A stretch of DNA of 64,000 bases from an uncultured Solirubrobacterales bacterium (GCA_963723075.1 CAVRPD010000001.1:53726-117725), one strand, 5' to 3'. Numbered from the stretch's first letter, positions 27,204-35,782 are shown. Notes: generated by a model from the letters alone, not told the origin. Numbers and translations are program-made.

Positions 27204-28361
27204 GTGCCTGCCGACCGCGACTCGATCAACCCCTTCAGCTTCGGCGCGCTGGCGCTCGACGAGGCGTTCACCGATCGTGAAAGCGAGATCGGCGAGCTGA
27301 CCGCGGACATGCGCAATGGTCAGGACGTCGTCCTGTTCGCGCCTCGCCGCTACGGCAAGTCCTCGCTGCTCTGGCGCGTAGCCCAGCAGCTCGTGACCGA
27401 GGACGTGCTGGTGGCCCAGGTCGACCTGATGCGCACGCCGACCAAGGAGAAGCTCGCGGAGAAGCTCGCCAAGACGATCCACGAGGAGATCGCCTCGCGC
27501 CTGATTCGCGCGCGCGAGCGCGTGCGCGTGTTCGCGGGGCTGCGGATCAAACCGACGGTGACCGTCGATCCTGACGACGGTTCGCTCTCGTTCAGCTTCG
27601 ACGCGCGCGCGAGCAAGCAGGACATCGACGCCACGCTCGAAGGGCTGCTCGCCCTGCCTGGCCGTCTCGCGGCGGAGCGCGACCGGCGGGTCGCGCTTGT
27701 GCTCGACGAGTTCCAGGAGGTCGTCGAGATCGACCCCGGCCTGCCAAAGCTGATGCGCTCCGTCTTCCAAGAGCAGCCGGAGGTCGCCCACGTCTATCTC
27801 GGCAGCAAGCGCCACATGATGGAGCGGATCTTCAACGACGAGAACGAGCCGTTCTGGCGCAGCGCCAAGCAGATCGAGCTGGGCGTGATCCCGCCGGACC
27901 TGTTCGCGCGCTACGCGAGCGAGCAGTTCGCGCGCACCGGCAAGGCGCTCGACCCGCAGGCGTGCTCGCATCTGCTCGAGCTGACCGGCGGTCACCCCTA
28001 TGCCACGCAGGAGGCGCTGTACTTCCTGTGGGAGGAGACGCCGACCGGACAGGCCGCGAACGAGGCGCGCCTCGAGCAGGCGCTCACGGCGCTGCTGCGC
28101 TCCGAGCACGCCCACTTCAGCCTGCTCTGGTCGCGCGCCGCCGCCGCTCAGCGGATGGTGCTGTCCGCGCTGGCCTCAGAGCAGCCCGGTCGCCCGCTCA
28201 GCAGCGACTACCAGCAGCGACACGCCCTGCCTGTCACCGCTACCGTGCAGACCGCGCTCGGGGCGCTGACCGAGGGGGAGCTGGTCAGCAGGATCGGCCG
28301 CGGAGAGTACCGCATCGCCGAGCCGTTCCTGGCCGAGTGGATCGTGCGCAACGAGAGCTGA
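27204..28361 (+). CDS. AAA/P-loop NTPase (Arch_ATPase/ORC-like family) with a C-terminal winged-helix-like tail
   Basis: 'INPFSFG...FTDRESEIGEL', Walker A 'APRRYGKSS' and Walker B 'LVLDEFQEV'. 385 aa. Confidence 0.8.
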   Translation: MPADRDSINPFSFGALALDEAFTDRESEIGELTADMRNGQDVVLFAPRRYGKSSLLWRVAQQLVTEDVLVAQVDLMRTPTKEKLAEKLAKTIHEEIASRLIRARERVRVFAGLRIKPTVTVDPDDGSLSFSFDARASKQDIDATLEGLLALPGRLAAERDRRVALVLDEFQEVVEIDPGLPKLMRSVFQEQPEVAHVYLGSKRHMMERIFNDENEPFWRSAKQIELGVIPPDLFARYASEQFARTGKALDPQACSHLLELTGGHPYATQEALYFLWEETPTGQAANEARLEQALTALLRSEHAHFSLLWSRAAAAQRMVLSALASEQPGRPLSSDYQQRHALPVTATVQTALGALTEGELVSRIGRGEYRIAEPFLAEWIVRNES

Positions 28362-28415
28362 TCTCGACCCGCCGCACCGAGCACCACGCATAATCTTCTA
28401 CGCGTCCGTCGTCGC

Positions 28416-29741
28416 TTGCATGACTCCTCTCGCATGAACGTCTCTCGCCCGTCGTCGAAGCCCACTCTCTGGGCGCCGGTCGCGGCGCTCGCGCTCGTCT
28501 GGGCGTGCGGCTGTGGGGCCGCGAGCTCCAGACATCCCGCGCCGGCGAGCCTCTCTCCCGGACAGGGATCGCTGCTCACTGCGGACGGTCCCGCTTTCGG
28601 ATTGACCGAGGACAACGCCGACCTGCTGTGGGATCCAGGCGTCCGCTCCGGACCGGCGCGGTTCCTGACGGCCCGCCGTGAGCTGACGGCGCTACACCCC
28701 ACGTACCTGCGACTACTCGTCGACTGGGCGGTGCTGCAGCCCGATCCCGATCGTCCGCCGACGCTCGGAGCACGCGTGAGCGGCTGTGCGCGCGACGTCG
28801 GCCCGTGCGGCGCCTACGCCGGGATCAGTGCCGAGCTGGACGCGATCGTCACGCAGCAGCGGGCGGGCGGCGGTGGTCTCGGCGGCGATTTCAACGTTGT
28901 GATCGACATCTTCGGTGTCCCCGCCTGGGCGGCTGCTTCGCCCTCGGGCTGTGAGCTCGCCGGGACCACCTCCTTCTCACGGCCGCTGCGCCCAGCGGCG
29001 ATCGCCGGCTATCGCGCGCTGATCCGCTCGCTGCTCGCGCTCGCCGCGCGCGTGGGCGTGAGCCTCGAATGGTGGAGCCCGTGGAACGAGCCGAACAACC
29101 CGCTCTTCATCAGCCCCCAACGGTCCGCCTGCGCCGCCAATTCGCCGACCGCCTCGCCCGCCGTCTACGCCCAGCTCGCCCGGGCGATGGCCGCCGAGCT
29201 GAACGAGGACGCGGGCGTACACCACCTGCTGCTCGGCGAGCTCGACGACTACCCCACCGATACGCCGCACCGCACGAGCATCGCGAGCTTCCTCGCGGCG
29301 CTGCCCGCCGACGTTCTCTGCCTCGCCGGTGCGTGGTCCGTCCACGACTACGCCGCCCGAGGCGCACTTGCCTCCGCCGTCGATCCGGTGGAAGCGCTCG
29401 AGTCGGCGCTCGACTCGCGCGGCGCGTGTGCGCGCGAAGCCCCGATCTGGGTGACCGAGACCGGCGCCGGCGCTCCCCGCCCCGGCTTTCCGCGCCCCGC
29501 GGGCGCCGTCGACGAACGCGCGGGCTGCGAAGCCCTGGCCGCTCAGTTGATCCGCTGGTACGGCGACCCGCGCGTGCAGGCCGTGTTTCAATACACCTTC
29601 CGCGAGGATCCCGCCTTCCCTGTGGGCCTGCTCAGCGCGGACCTCTCACATATCTATCCCACCTACGACCTGTGGCTCGACTGGTCGCGCCTGCGCGCCG
29701 CCGGTGAGCCGCCGCCGACGCCGGCGGTCGGGTGTGACTGA
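28416..29741 (+). CDS. Secreted/lipoprotein clan GH-A glycoside hydrolase-like protein
   Basis: Signal/lipobox-like 'LALVWACGCGA'. 'WSPWNEPNNP' matches the acid/base NEP motif and 'IWVTETG' a nucleophile-type motif. Confidence 0.7.
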   Translation: MHDSSRMNVSRPSSKPTLWAPVAALALVWACGCGAASSRHPAPASLSPGQGSLLTADGPAFGLTEDNADLLWDPGVRSGPARFLTARRELTALHPTYLRLLVDWAVLQPDPDRPPTLGARVSGCARDVGPCGAYAGISAELDAIVTQQRAGGGGLGGDFNVVIDIFGVPAWAAASPSGCELAGTTSFSRPLRPAAIAGYRALIRSLLALAARVGVSLEWWSPWNEPNNPLFISPQRSACAANSPTASPAVYAQLARAMAAELNEDAGVHHLLLGELDDYPTDTPHRTSIASFLAALPADVLCLAGAWSVHDYAARGALASAVDPVEALESALDSRGACAREAPIWVTETGAGAPRPGFPRPAGAVDERAGCEALAAQLIRWYGDPRVQAVFQYTFREDPAFPVGLLSADLSHIYPTYDLWLDWSRLRAAGEPPPTPAVGCD

Positions 29742-29745
29742 GTCC

Positions 29746-30231
29746 TCAGGCGTCGGCGAGCCGCCTGAGATCCTCTTGGTCCTGTGGCCTGTCCGCGGCT
29801 CGCTTCATCGCTCGCAGGTGCTCGAGGCTGCAGACCTGGATCTGTGCGTCCCTGAATTGGACGGACAGAGCCTGAGGCGCGAGCTCCGAGTATGCGAGGT
29901 CGGCCTCGACGCCGGCTACCCATTGCAGTATGTCCAGCCCCCCATGGCTGGTATCCAGACGGAAGTTGGCGCCTTCGGCAAGCTGAGCGGGATCCGTTGG
30001 ATCGTAGGGGAACTCCTCGGGCGAGAAGTCACCGACGCCCACCTGTTGAGCCTCTATCTCGACCAGGACGCGGGCCAGTCGGGCCAAGTTCTCCGGGGCC
30101 GGGTCGGGGACGATGTCGAGATCCTTGGTTGCCCGCACGAAGCCGTGCACGCCAACGGCCAGTCCGCCGATGACGACGAAGTCGATCTGCGCGTTCGTCA
30201 GCGCCAGCAGCAGGTCATCGGGCTCGAACAT
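29746..30231 (-). CDS. Nucleotidyltransferase-fold protein (possible TA toxin component)
   Basis: 'FVVIGGLAVGVHGFVRATKDLDIV' fits the G[GS]x9-13DxD NTase signature. The C-terminus 'LRAMKRAADRPQDQEDLRRL' is also typical. Confidence 0.7.
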   Translation of the reverse strand: MFEPDDLLLALTNAQIDFVVIGGLAVGVHGFVRATKDLDIVPDPAPENLARLARVLVEIEAQQVGVGDFSPEEFPYDPTDPAQLAEGANFRLDTSHGGLDILQWVAGVEADLAYSELAPQALSVQFRDAQIQVCSLEHLRAMKRAADRPQDQEDLRRLADA

Positions 30232-30412
30232 CGCCGGAGACGCCCTGTCTCAACTCGCTGATGAAACGACTGAGACGCAGTGTCTCCTCCAGGCGCTCCT
30301 CCGGAGCTTTCCTTTGATCGCTCACTGCCCGCGCCCGGTTGGCCCGCTCGTTGCGTGCGATCTCCGCGGGTGTCCACGGCCCGCGTGGCTTGGATCTGGG
30401 GGTCTTCGCCAT
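30215..30412 (-). CDS. Small basic protein upstream of and overlapping the NTase gene (possible antitoxin/regulator)
   Basis: 65 aa, MAKTPRSKPRGPWTPAEIARNERANRARA...EERLEETLRLSRFISELRQG. It overlaps the NTase start by 17 nt. Confidence 0.5.
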   Translation of the reverse strand: MAKTPRSKPRGPWTPAEIARNERANRARAVSDQRKAPEERLEETLRLSRFISELRQGVSGDVRAR

Positions 30413-30437
30413 GAGGGTATTGTAGGTTGGCCGGCGG

Positions 30438-31019
30438 CTACCCCGGCTCGTTCGCCAGCGAGCGCCACAGATATCGGCAGGCGAGCGTGCGGTGCGGTCG
30501 CCACGGCACGGCGATCTCCTCCATCGCGGCAGGGTCGGGCAGCCCCTCGAGGCCGTAGGCGCGTTCGATCGCGCGGCGAATGCCGAGGTCGCCGGTTGGC
30601 AGCACGTCGGGCCGTTCGAGCTGGAACATCAAGAACATCTGCGCGGTCCACAGGCCGAGGCCCTTGACCGCTACCAGCTCGGCGATCACCCGCTCGTCCT
30701 CCAGCTCGTCCAGTCGCTCGAGCTCGATCTGGCCGGAGAGCACGTGCTCGGCGAGCGAGCGCAGATAGCTCACCTTCGCGCGCGACAGCCCCGCGGCGGC
30801 GCGCAGCTCTTCCGGGTCGTCCGCAAGGATCTCCCGCGGCGTGGGCGCGCGATCCCCGAAGCGCGCGGTCAGCCGTCCGTAGATCGACCGCGCGGCGAGC
30901 ACCGACAGCTGCTGGCCGGTGATCGAGCGCACGAGCGCGCCGTAGTGGTCATGACGCTCAGGGCGGCCCTCACGGTGGTTCGGCAGCGCGCCGACCGCGT
31001 CGATCACGCCCGCGAGCAC
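30438..31019 (-). CDS. HhH-GPD DNA glycosylase (short AlkA/3-methyladenine glycosylase II-like)
   Basis: 'ITGQQLSVLAARSIYGRL', 'VKGLGLWTAQMFLMF' (HhH) and 'LPTGDLGIRRA'. Confidence 0.85.
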   Translation of the reverse strand: MLAGVIDAVGALPNHREGRPERHDHYGALVRSITGQQLSVLAARSIYGRLTARFGDRAPTPREILADDPEELRAAAGLSRAKVSYLRSLAEHVLSGQIELERLDELEDERVIAELVAVKGLGLWTAQMFLMFQLERPDVLPTGDLGIRRAIERAYGLEGLPDPAAMEEIAVPWRPHRTLACRYLWRSLANEPG

Positions 31020-31050
31020 CGGGTCCGCCCGGCGGAGGTAGGCGCGACCC

Positions 31051-31860
31051 TTAGGCAGTTGGGAGCGCTGCCTCAGAGGAGATTGCGGACTCTGCCGCGG
31101 CCGGGGTTGGCGACCCCGGCTCGGAGGCGACCGGTTGCTCGGCCTCGGCCGCGGCGCGCGTGCCCGCCTCGGACGGCCGCTCGAGCCTGACCGGCTCGCC
31201 GTCGAGCGCGTTCAGCGCGCGCTCGAGCGACATCGCCAGGCAGGTGAAGCTCGGCGTGTCGCGCACCGTGTACTTCGACGCCTCGGTCGTGCGCAGCCGC
31301 TGCACGAGGTCGAGAAAAGTGCCGACGTCGTCGGTGTCGAAGGCGACCACGAACTCCTGGTCGTCGAGCCCGAACGAGTACGTCGTGTGGTTGTCCACCC
31401 CCGGATATTCGCGCCCGACCTCGATGTGCCCCTGCATGATCCGCCAGCGCTCCTGCGCCGGCAGCGCGTACCACTCGCGCGACTTGACGAACGGGTACAC
31501 GAACACATACTTGCCGCGAAAGCCGCGCGGGGCGACGCGCTCGTCTTCGGAGTACTCCGAGCTCTTCCTCATCCCCAGAAACGAGTGCGGGATATGCGCC
31601 CATTGCATCAGCCCGCTCTGTGACAGCACCACGTGCAGCTCGTGGATGCGGTCGAGATTCTCGGCCTCTGAGATCAGCAACAGCTCCGCGTCGCCGCGCG
31701 TGCCCACGAGCGAGAACGCCTGCAGCATGTGCCCGTCGGCGAAGTCCTCGCACCCCGCCATGAACTCGCGCTTGTCCTGCTCGCGCAGACCGTCCTCGCG
31801 CCGCCGCCACGCCGGGTCCAGCTGCAGGAACGTGTACTTGACGAAGTGGCGCTTGCTCAC
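31051..31860 (-). CDS. Chlorite dismutase-family protein (HemQ/coproheme decarboxylase-like)
   Basis: 'VKYTFLQLDPAWR', 'YVFVYPFVKSREWY', 'RWRIMQGHIEVG' and 'TTYSFGLDDQEFVVAF'. It has an Ala/Glu/Pro-rich C-terminal tail. GTG start uncertain. Confidence 0.8.
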   Translation of the reverse strand: MSKRHFVKYTFLQLDPAWRRREDGLREQDKREFMAGCEDFADGHMLQAFSLVGTRGDAELLLISEAENLDRIHELHVVLSQSGLMQWAHIPHSFLGMRKSSEYSEDERVAPRGFRGKYVFVYPFVKSREWYALPAQERWRIMQGHIEVGREYPGVDNHTTYSFGLDDQEFVVAFDTDDVGTFLDLVQRLRTTEASKYTVRDTPSFTCLAMSLERALNALDGEPVRLERPSEAGTRAAAEAEQPVASEPGSPTPAAAESAISSEAALPTA

Positions 31861-31935
31861 GCCGAGGATTATCGCACCGGCAGGGGTCTTCCGCCCCGAA
31901 GAGGTTATGAGCGTGCGTTCCGATAACCTCCGCGC

Positions 31936-32520
31936 GTGACCCGCCGTCCACAGTTCCTTTGGGTTATGTGCGCGTGCGTTGTCGCCTATTCGGTGCTCCT
32001 CGCGGGACTGAGGGCCGAAGTCGGCGCCGCAGAAGCAAACGGCGGCCCATGGTGTGTTCCTTACGAAGGGAACGGGATACCGCCCGGCAGCGGCATCCCA
32101 CCGTGGGGATTTCACGCTACGGAGTCGTTCAGGCACGGGGTCAACGGCTCCTCGCACGGTTGGGGGGACATCAACCTGAACACCAACTGGATCTCCGGCA
32201 AAATTTGTCAAACACTCGACGGCGGCGGTCAGCCTGGCCGCATGATCTCGGTGAGGCTCGGGCCGCGCATTCTTTATCACTCACACGTTGCCGTCATGTG
32301 GGGGTATCCGGGCAACGTCATCAAGGCTCCTATAAAGGTCATCTCAAGCACGGACTCCAAATGCAAGGTCGGGACGCCGGGTCACGTGACGATGTACACG
32401 AGCTACAACAACGTCAAATCCGACAGCATCCAGTTCTTCTTCGGCAGCGGGTGCCTGGATGGTAGCCGTCTGTACCACGGTGGGGCTCAAACAGTGAACG
32501 CGCAGGTCCCACCGCTGTAG
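31936..32520 (+). CDS. Secreted Cys-containing hypothetical protein in a lower-GC patch
   Basis: Signal-like 'FLWVMCACVVAYSVLLAGLRAEVGAAEA'. The Asn/Ser/Gly/Ile/Lys-rich body is unlike the window's shadow ORFs. It competes with the junk N-terminal extension of ORF 31051..32280. Confidence 0.55.
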   Translation: MTRRPQFLWVMCACVVAYSVLLAGLRAEVGAAEANGGPWCVPYEGNGIPPGSGIPPWGFHATESFRHGVNGSSHGWGDINLNTNWISGKICQTLDGGGQPGRMISVRLGPRILYHSHVAVMWGYPGNVIKAPIKVISSTDSKCKVGTPGHVTMYTSYNNVKSDSIQFFFGSGCLDGSRLYHGGAQTVNAQVPPL

Positions 32521-32692
32521 GGCGTCCGTGCCCCCCGCGAGTGGACGTCACTCCGCGCACGTGTCTTAAACGCGGCAGCCCCCTTAAGCAGATCAACGCC
32601 TGGACGCTCACGACCAAGGGCCACCAGGTCGAGCAGGCAGCCAGGACGGGGACCAGCCCGTAGAGCGAGGGCGACAGCGGTACAGTTGACCC

Positions 32693-35131
32693 GTGCGGAT
32701 CGCGCTGCTGTCGCCGTACTCATGGACCTATCCGGGTGGCGTCACACGCCACATCGAGGCGCTCGCGCACGAGCTGAACTCAAGCGGCGAGCACGAAGCG
32801 CGCATCCTCGCGCCGTTCGACCCCGACGACGCGCTCTCGCGCCGGCTGCACCGCGGCGCGCGCCCGCAGCCGCGCGAGCCCCCCGCCGGCTTCGTCTCGC
32901 TCGGTCGCACCGTCGGGCTGCCAGCCAACGGCGCGGTCTCGAACATGGCGATCTTCCCCGGCGCCGTGTTCGCGCTGCGCGACGAGCTGCGCCACGGCGG
33001 CTACGACGTCGCGCACATCCACGAGCCGGTCGTGCCGTACGTCGGCTGGGACGCGCTCTGCTCCGCCGGCGAGCTGCCGCTCGTCGGCACCTTCCACACC
33101 TACTCCGAGAACGTCCTCTCAAACGGCTTCGCCGCCGGCCCGCTCGGCGCGCGGCGGCGAATGAATCGCCTGCACGCGCGCATCGCCGTCTCCGAAGCGG
33201 CCGCCTGGACCGCCCGGCGCTTCTACGGCGGGCGCTACCGCGTGATCCCCAACGGCGTCCACCTCCCCGAGGACGCACGCGCGCTCGCGTACGCGCAACA
33301 GCGCCCTCAATCGAGCGGCGCAGACAACCCTCCCCTCCCCAACCTCTCCCCATCGAGGATCGACGCGGCCGACCCGCCCGACTCCCGCGCCCCGTTGCGC
33401 ATCCTGTTCGTGGGGCAGGCCGTCGAACGCAAGGGGCTGCCGGTGCTGCTGCGCGCGTTCGAAGCGCTGCGCGACCACGTCCCCGCGACGCTTACGCTCG
33501 TCGGCGCCTCGCTCGAGGAGGTCGCTCCGATGATGCTCGACGACCGCGGCGTGCAGGCGCTCGGCAAGGTCTCCGAGCCGCGCAAGCTCGCAGAGCTCGC
33601 GCGCGCCGAGGTGCTGTGCGCGCCCTCGCTGCACGGCGAGAGCTTCGGCATGGTCCTGACCGAGGCGTTCGCCGCCTCCACACCCGTCGTCGCCTCGGAC
33701 ATCCCCGGCTACCGTGACGTCGTCCATGACGGCGTCGAGGGTCTGCTCGTCGTCCCCGGCGACGCGCTCGCACTGGCCGAGTCGCTGCGCCGGCTCGCGC
33801 TCGACGAAGACCTGCGCCGGCGGATGGCGCTCGCCGCCCGCGCCCGCGCCGAGCGCTTCGCCTGGCCCGCCGTCGCCGCCGAGGTGCTCGACTGCTATGA
33901 GCGGGCTCGTGCCGTCGGGCGGCCGGTCACCCCGCTGGGACGCGCCGCCGTGCGCCACGGCCTGATGCCCGCCGACCTGCTCCCGCGCATTCCCGCGCAG
34001 CGCCTTGCCACGCTCGAGCCCGCGCCGCGCCCGGGATCGCATCCGGCGGCCACCGCGACCGGCCGTGGCGCGCGCGCGCTGCGCCGTCTCGCCCTGCTGC
34101 TCGCCTGCGCCGGCGGTCTTGCCCTCGCGTTGCTCGCGCTCGCGCGCATCGGCGTCGACCGTGTCGCCGCCTCCCTGCTCGCCTCGAGCCCCGGCCTGCT
34201 CGCCGCCGGGCTCGGGCTGATGTGCGCCGCGATGTTCGCCCGCGCGATCGCCTGGCACGCGATCCTCGCCGCCGCGCCGACCTGGCGCAAGGCCAAACGC
34301 CGCGACGCGATGCAGGGCACGTTCATCGGCGTGCTCATGTCCGCCACCCTGCCCGCGCGTCTCGGGGAGCCCTCGCGTGCGCTGATCGTCGCCCGCCGGC
34401 TCGGCCGCGCGCGCGAGACGCTGCCGGTCGTGCTCGGCACGATGGTCTCCCAGACGCTGCTCAACCTGCTCGCGCTCTCCCTGCTCGGCATCGCGATGTT
34501 CTCGTCCGTCGACCTGCTCAACGGCCACCACGGCCTGTTGATCGCCGCCGCGCTGGCCCCGCTCGGCGCGCTGCTCGTGGTGTTGCTCGCGCCGGTGCTC
34601 GTCCCCCGTGCCGCTGTCTCGCGCTCGCGCCGCCTGGCGACCCTGATGTCCGCGCTGCGCGCCTCGCTCATGCGCGTGCGCGACGGGCTACGCGTCTTTC
34701 GCCATCCCCGCCAGGCCTTGGTCGCGACAGTCCTTCAGCTCTCCGCCTGGGCCCTTCAATGGATGTCCTGCTGGCTTCTGCTGATGGCGCTCGGCCTCGA
34801 CACCGTCGGCGTCGCCGACGCCGCTGCGGTGCTGTTCGCCGTCAACGTCACCGCCGTCGTGCCCGCCACGCCCGCGAACGTCGGCGTGTTCCAGGCAGCC
34901 TGTGTTGCGGTGCTCGCCGGCGCTTACCACGTCTCCACGCCCGACGCGCTCGCCTACGGGATCGTGCTGCAGGTCGTCGAGGTCGCGACCGCGCTGATCA
35001 TGGGTCTGCCCGCGCTCGTCAACGAGGGGCTCTCCTGGAAGGACGTGCGTCTGCGCACGATGCACGCTGCCCCTGTCGAGCTCGGGCCGCTGCCCGACGG
35101 TGGCGGGGTGCGATCGTCAGGTACGGCATGA
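32693..35131 (+). CDS. Fusion protein: GT4 (PimA-like) glycosyltransferase plus LPG-synthase-TM/flippase-like (UPF0104) membrane domain
   Basis: N-terminus 'RIALLSPYSWTYPGGVTRHI' and 'ESFGMVLTEAFA' (GT-B E-x7-E region). The C-terminal ~330 aa form a polytopic membrane domain with about 8 helices. Confidence 0.8.
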   Translation: MRIALLSPYSWTYPGGVTRHIEALAHELNSSGEHEARILAPFDPDDALSRRLHRGARPQPREPPAGFVSLGRTVGLPANGAVSNMAIFPGAVFALRDELRHGGYDVAHIHEPVVPYVGWDALCSAGELPLVGTFHTYSENVLSNGFAAGPLGARRRMNRLHARIAVSEAAAWTARRFYGGRYRVIPNGVHLPEDARALAYAQQRPQSSGADNPPLPNLSPSRIDAADPPDSRAPLRILFVGQAVERKGLPVLLRAFEALRDHVPATLTLVGASLEEVAPMMLDDRGVQALGKVSEPRKLAELARAEVLCAPSLHGESFGMVLTEAFAASTPVVASDIPGYRDVVHDGVEGLLVVPGDALALAESLRRLALDEDLRRRMALAARARAERFAWPAVAAEVLDCYERARAVGRPVTPLGRAAVRHGLMPADLLPRIPAQRLATLEPAPRPGSHPAATATGRGARALRRLALLLACAGGLALALLALARIGVDRVAASLLASSPGLLAAGLGLMCAAMFARAIAWHAILAAAPTWRKAKRRDAMQGTFIGVLMSATLPARLGEPSRALIVARRLGRARETLPVVLGTMVSQTLLNLLALSLLGIAMFSSVDLLNGHHGLLIAAALAPLGALLVVLLAPVLVPRAAVSRSRRLATLMSALRASLMRVRDGLRVFRHPRQALVATVLQLSAWALQWMSCWLLLMALGLDTVGVADAAAVLFAVNVTAVVPATPANVGVFQAACVAVLAGAYHVSTPDALAYGIVLQVVEVATALIMGLPALVNEGLSWKDVRLRTMHAAPVELGPLPDGGGVRSSGTA

Positions 35132-35140
35132 TGGGGGTAC

Positions 35141-35782
35141 ATGTCCTCGCGCCCTACAGCCCGTAGCGTCAAGATCGACAAGGACGAGCGGACCGGCTGG
35201 TCCTCCGACGGCCCCCGCCGCGACGGGACGCCACCGCGTCCCCCGGACCTGACCGTCCACTGTCGCGTGCTGCGCCCGGCCGACCGTCTGCGCTACTCGC
35301 CCGGCAGCCTGCTGATCGTCGTCTCCGCCTCTACCGCCGATCGTGACGGCTTCGTCGAGCGTCTGATCGAGGATCGCGCTTCGCTGCTGTCGCTCGGCAA
35401 GGTCCGCTCCCTGCTGGCCGGGCGCGTCGCCGAGGAGGAGGTCGAGTCGCGCGCGTCTGAGCTGCTCACGGCGGCCGTCACGAAGCGCCTGGAGAGCAAA
35501 GAGACGGTCGTGATCGCCGCAGAGACGCTCGCCGCTTCAGAGCGCGAGCCGTTCCTGCGCATGGCCGCCGCGCTCAAACGGCCGCGCCACCTGATTTTGC
35601 TCGAGACCGCGCGCGACCAAGTCTCCGAGGAGGATCTCACCACGCTCAACGACCTGCGCCGGGCGCTGGACGCGGGCGAGCTCGGCGCGGAGGGCTTTCA
35701 GACGGTGCTGCGCCTCGGCGGCGGGTCGGCCGCGGAGGTCAAGCGGATCTTCTTCCGCCCGCCCCCTCGCGAAGACGACTAG
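35141..35782 (+). CDS. AAA_33/polynucleotide-kinase-like protein lacking a P-loop
   Basis: The C-terminal layout 'TVVIAAETLAASEREPFLRMAAALKRPRHLILLE...GAEGFQTVLRL' resembles small kinases. The Walker A position reads 'VVSASTADRDGF'. Confidence 0.55.
   Translation: MSSRPTARSVKIDKDERTGWSSDGPRRDGTPPRPPDLTVHCRVLRPADRLRYSPGSLLIVVSASTADRDGFVERLIEDRASLLSLGKVRSLLAGRVAEEEVESRASELLTAAVTKRLESKETVVIAAETLAASEREPFLRMAAALKRPRHLILLETARDQVSEEDLTTLNDLRRALDAGELGAEGFQTVLRLGGGSAAEVKRIFFRPPPREDD

Noticed and set aside
33119-34531. 470-aa minus-strand ORF inside the GT4-flippase fusion gene (also 32686..33717 and 34222..35166 on the plus strand)
   Set aside because: These are Arg/Gly/Glu/Asp-rich shadows. The 32693..35131 frame gives GT-B motifs and clean TM helices.
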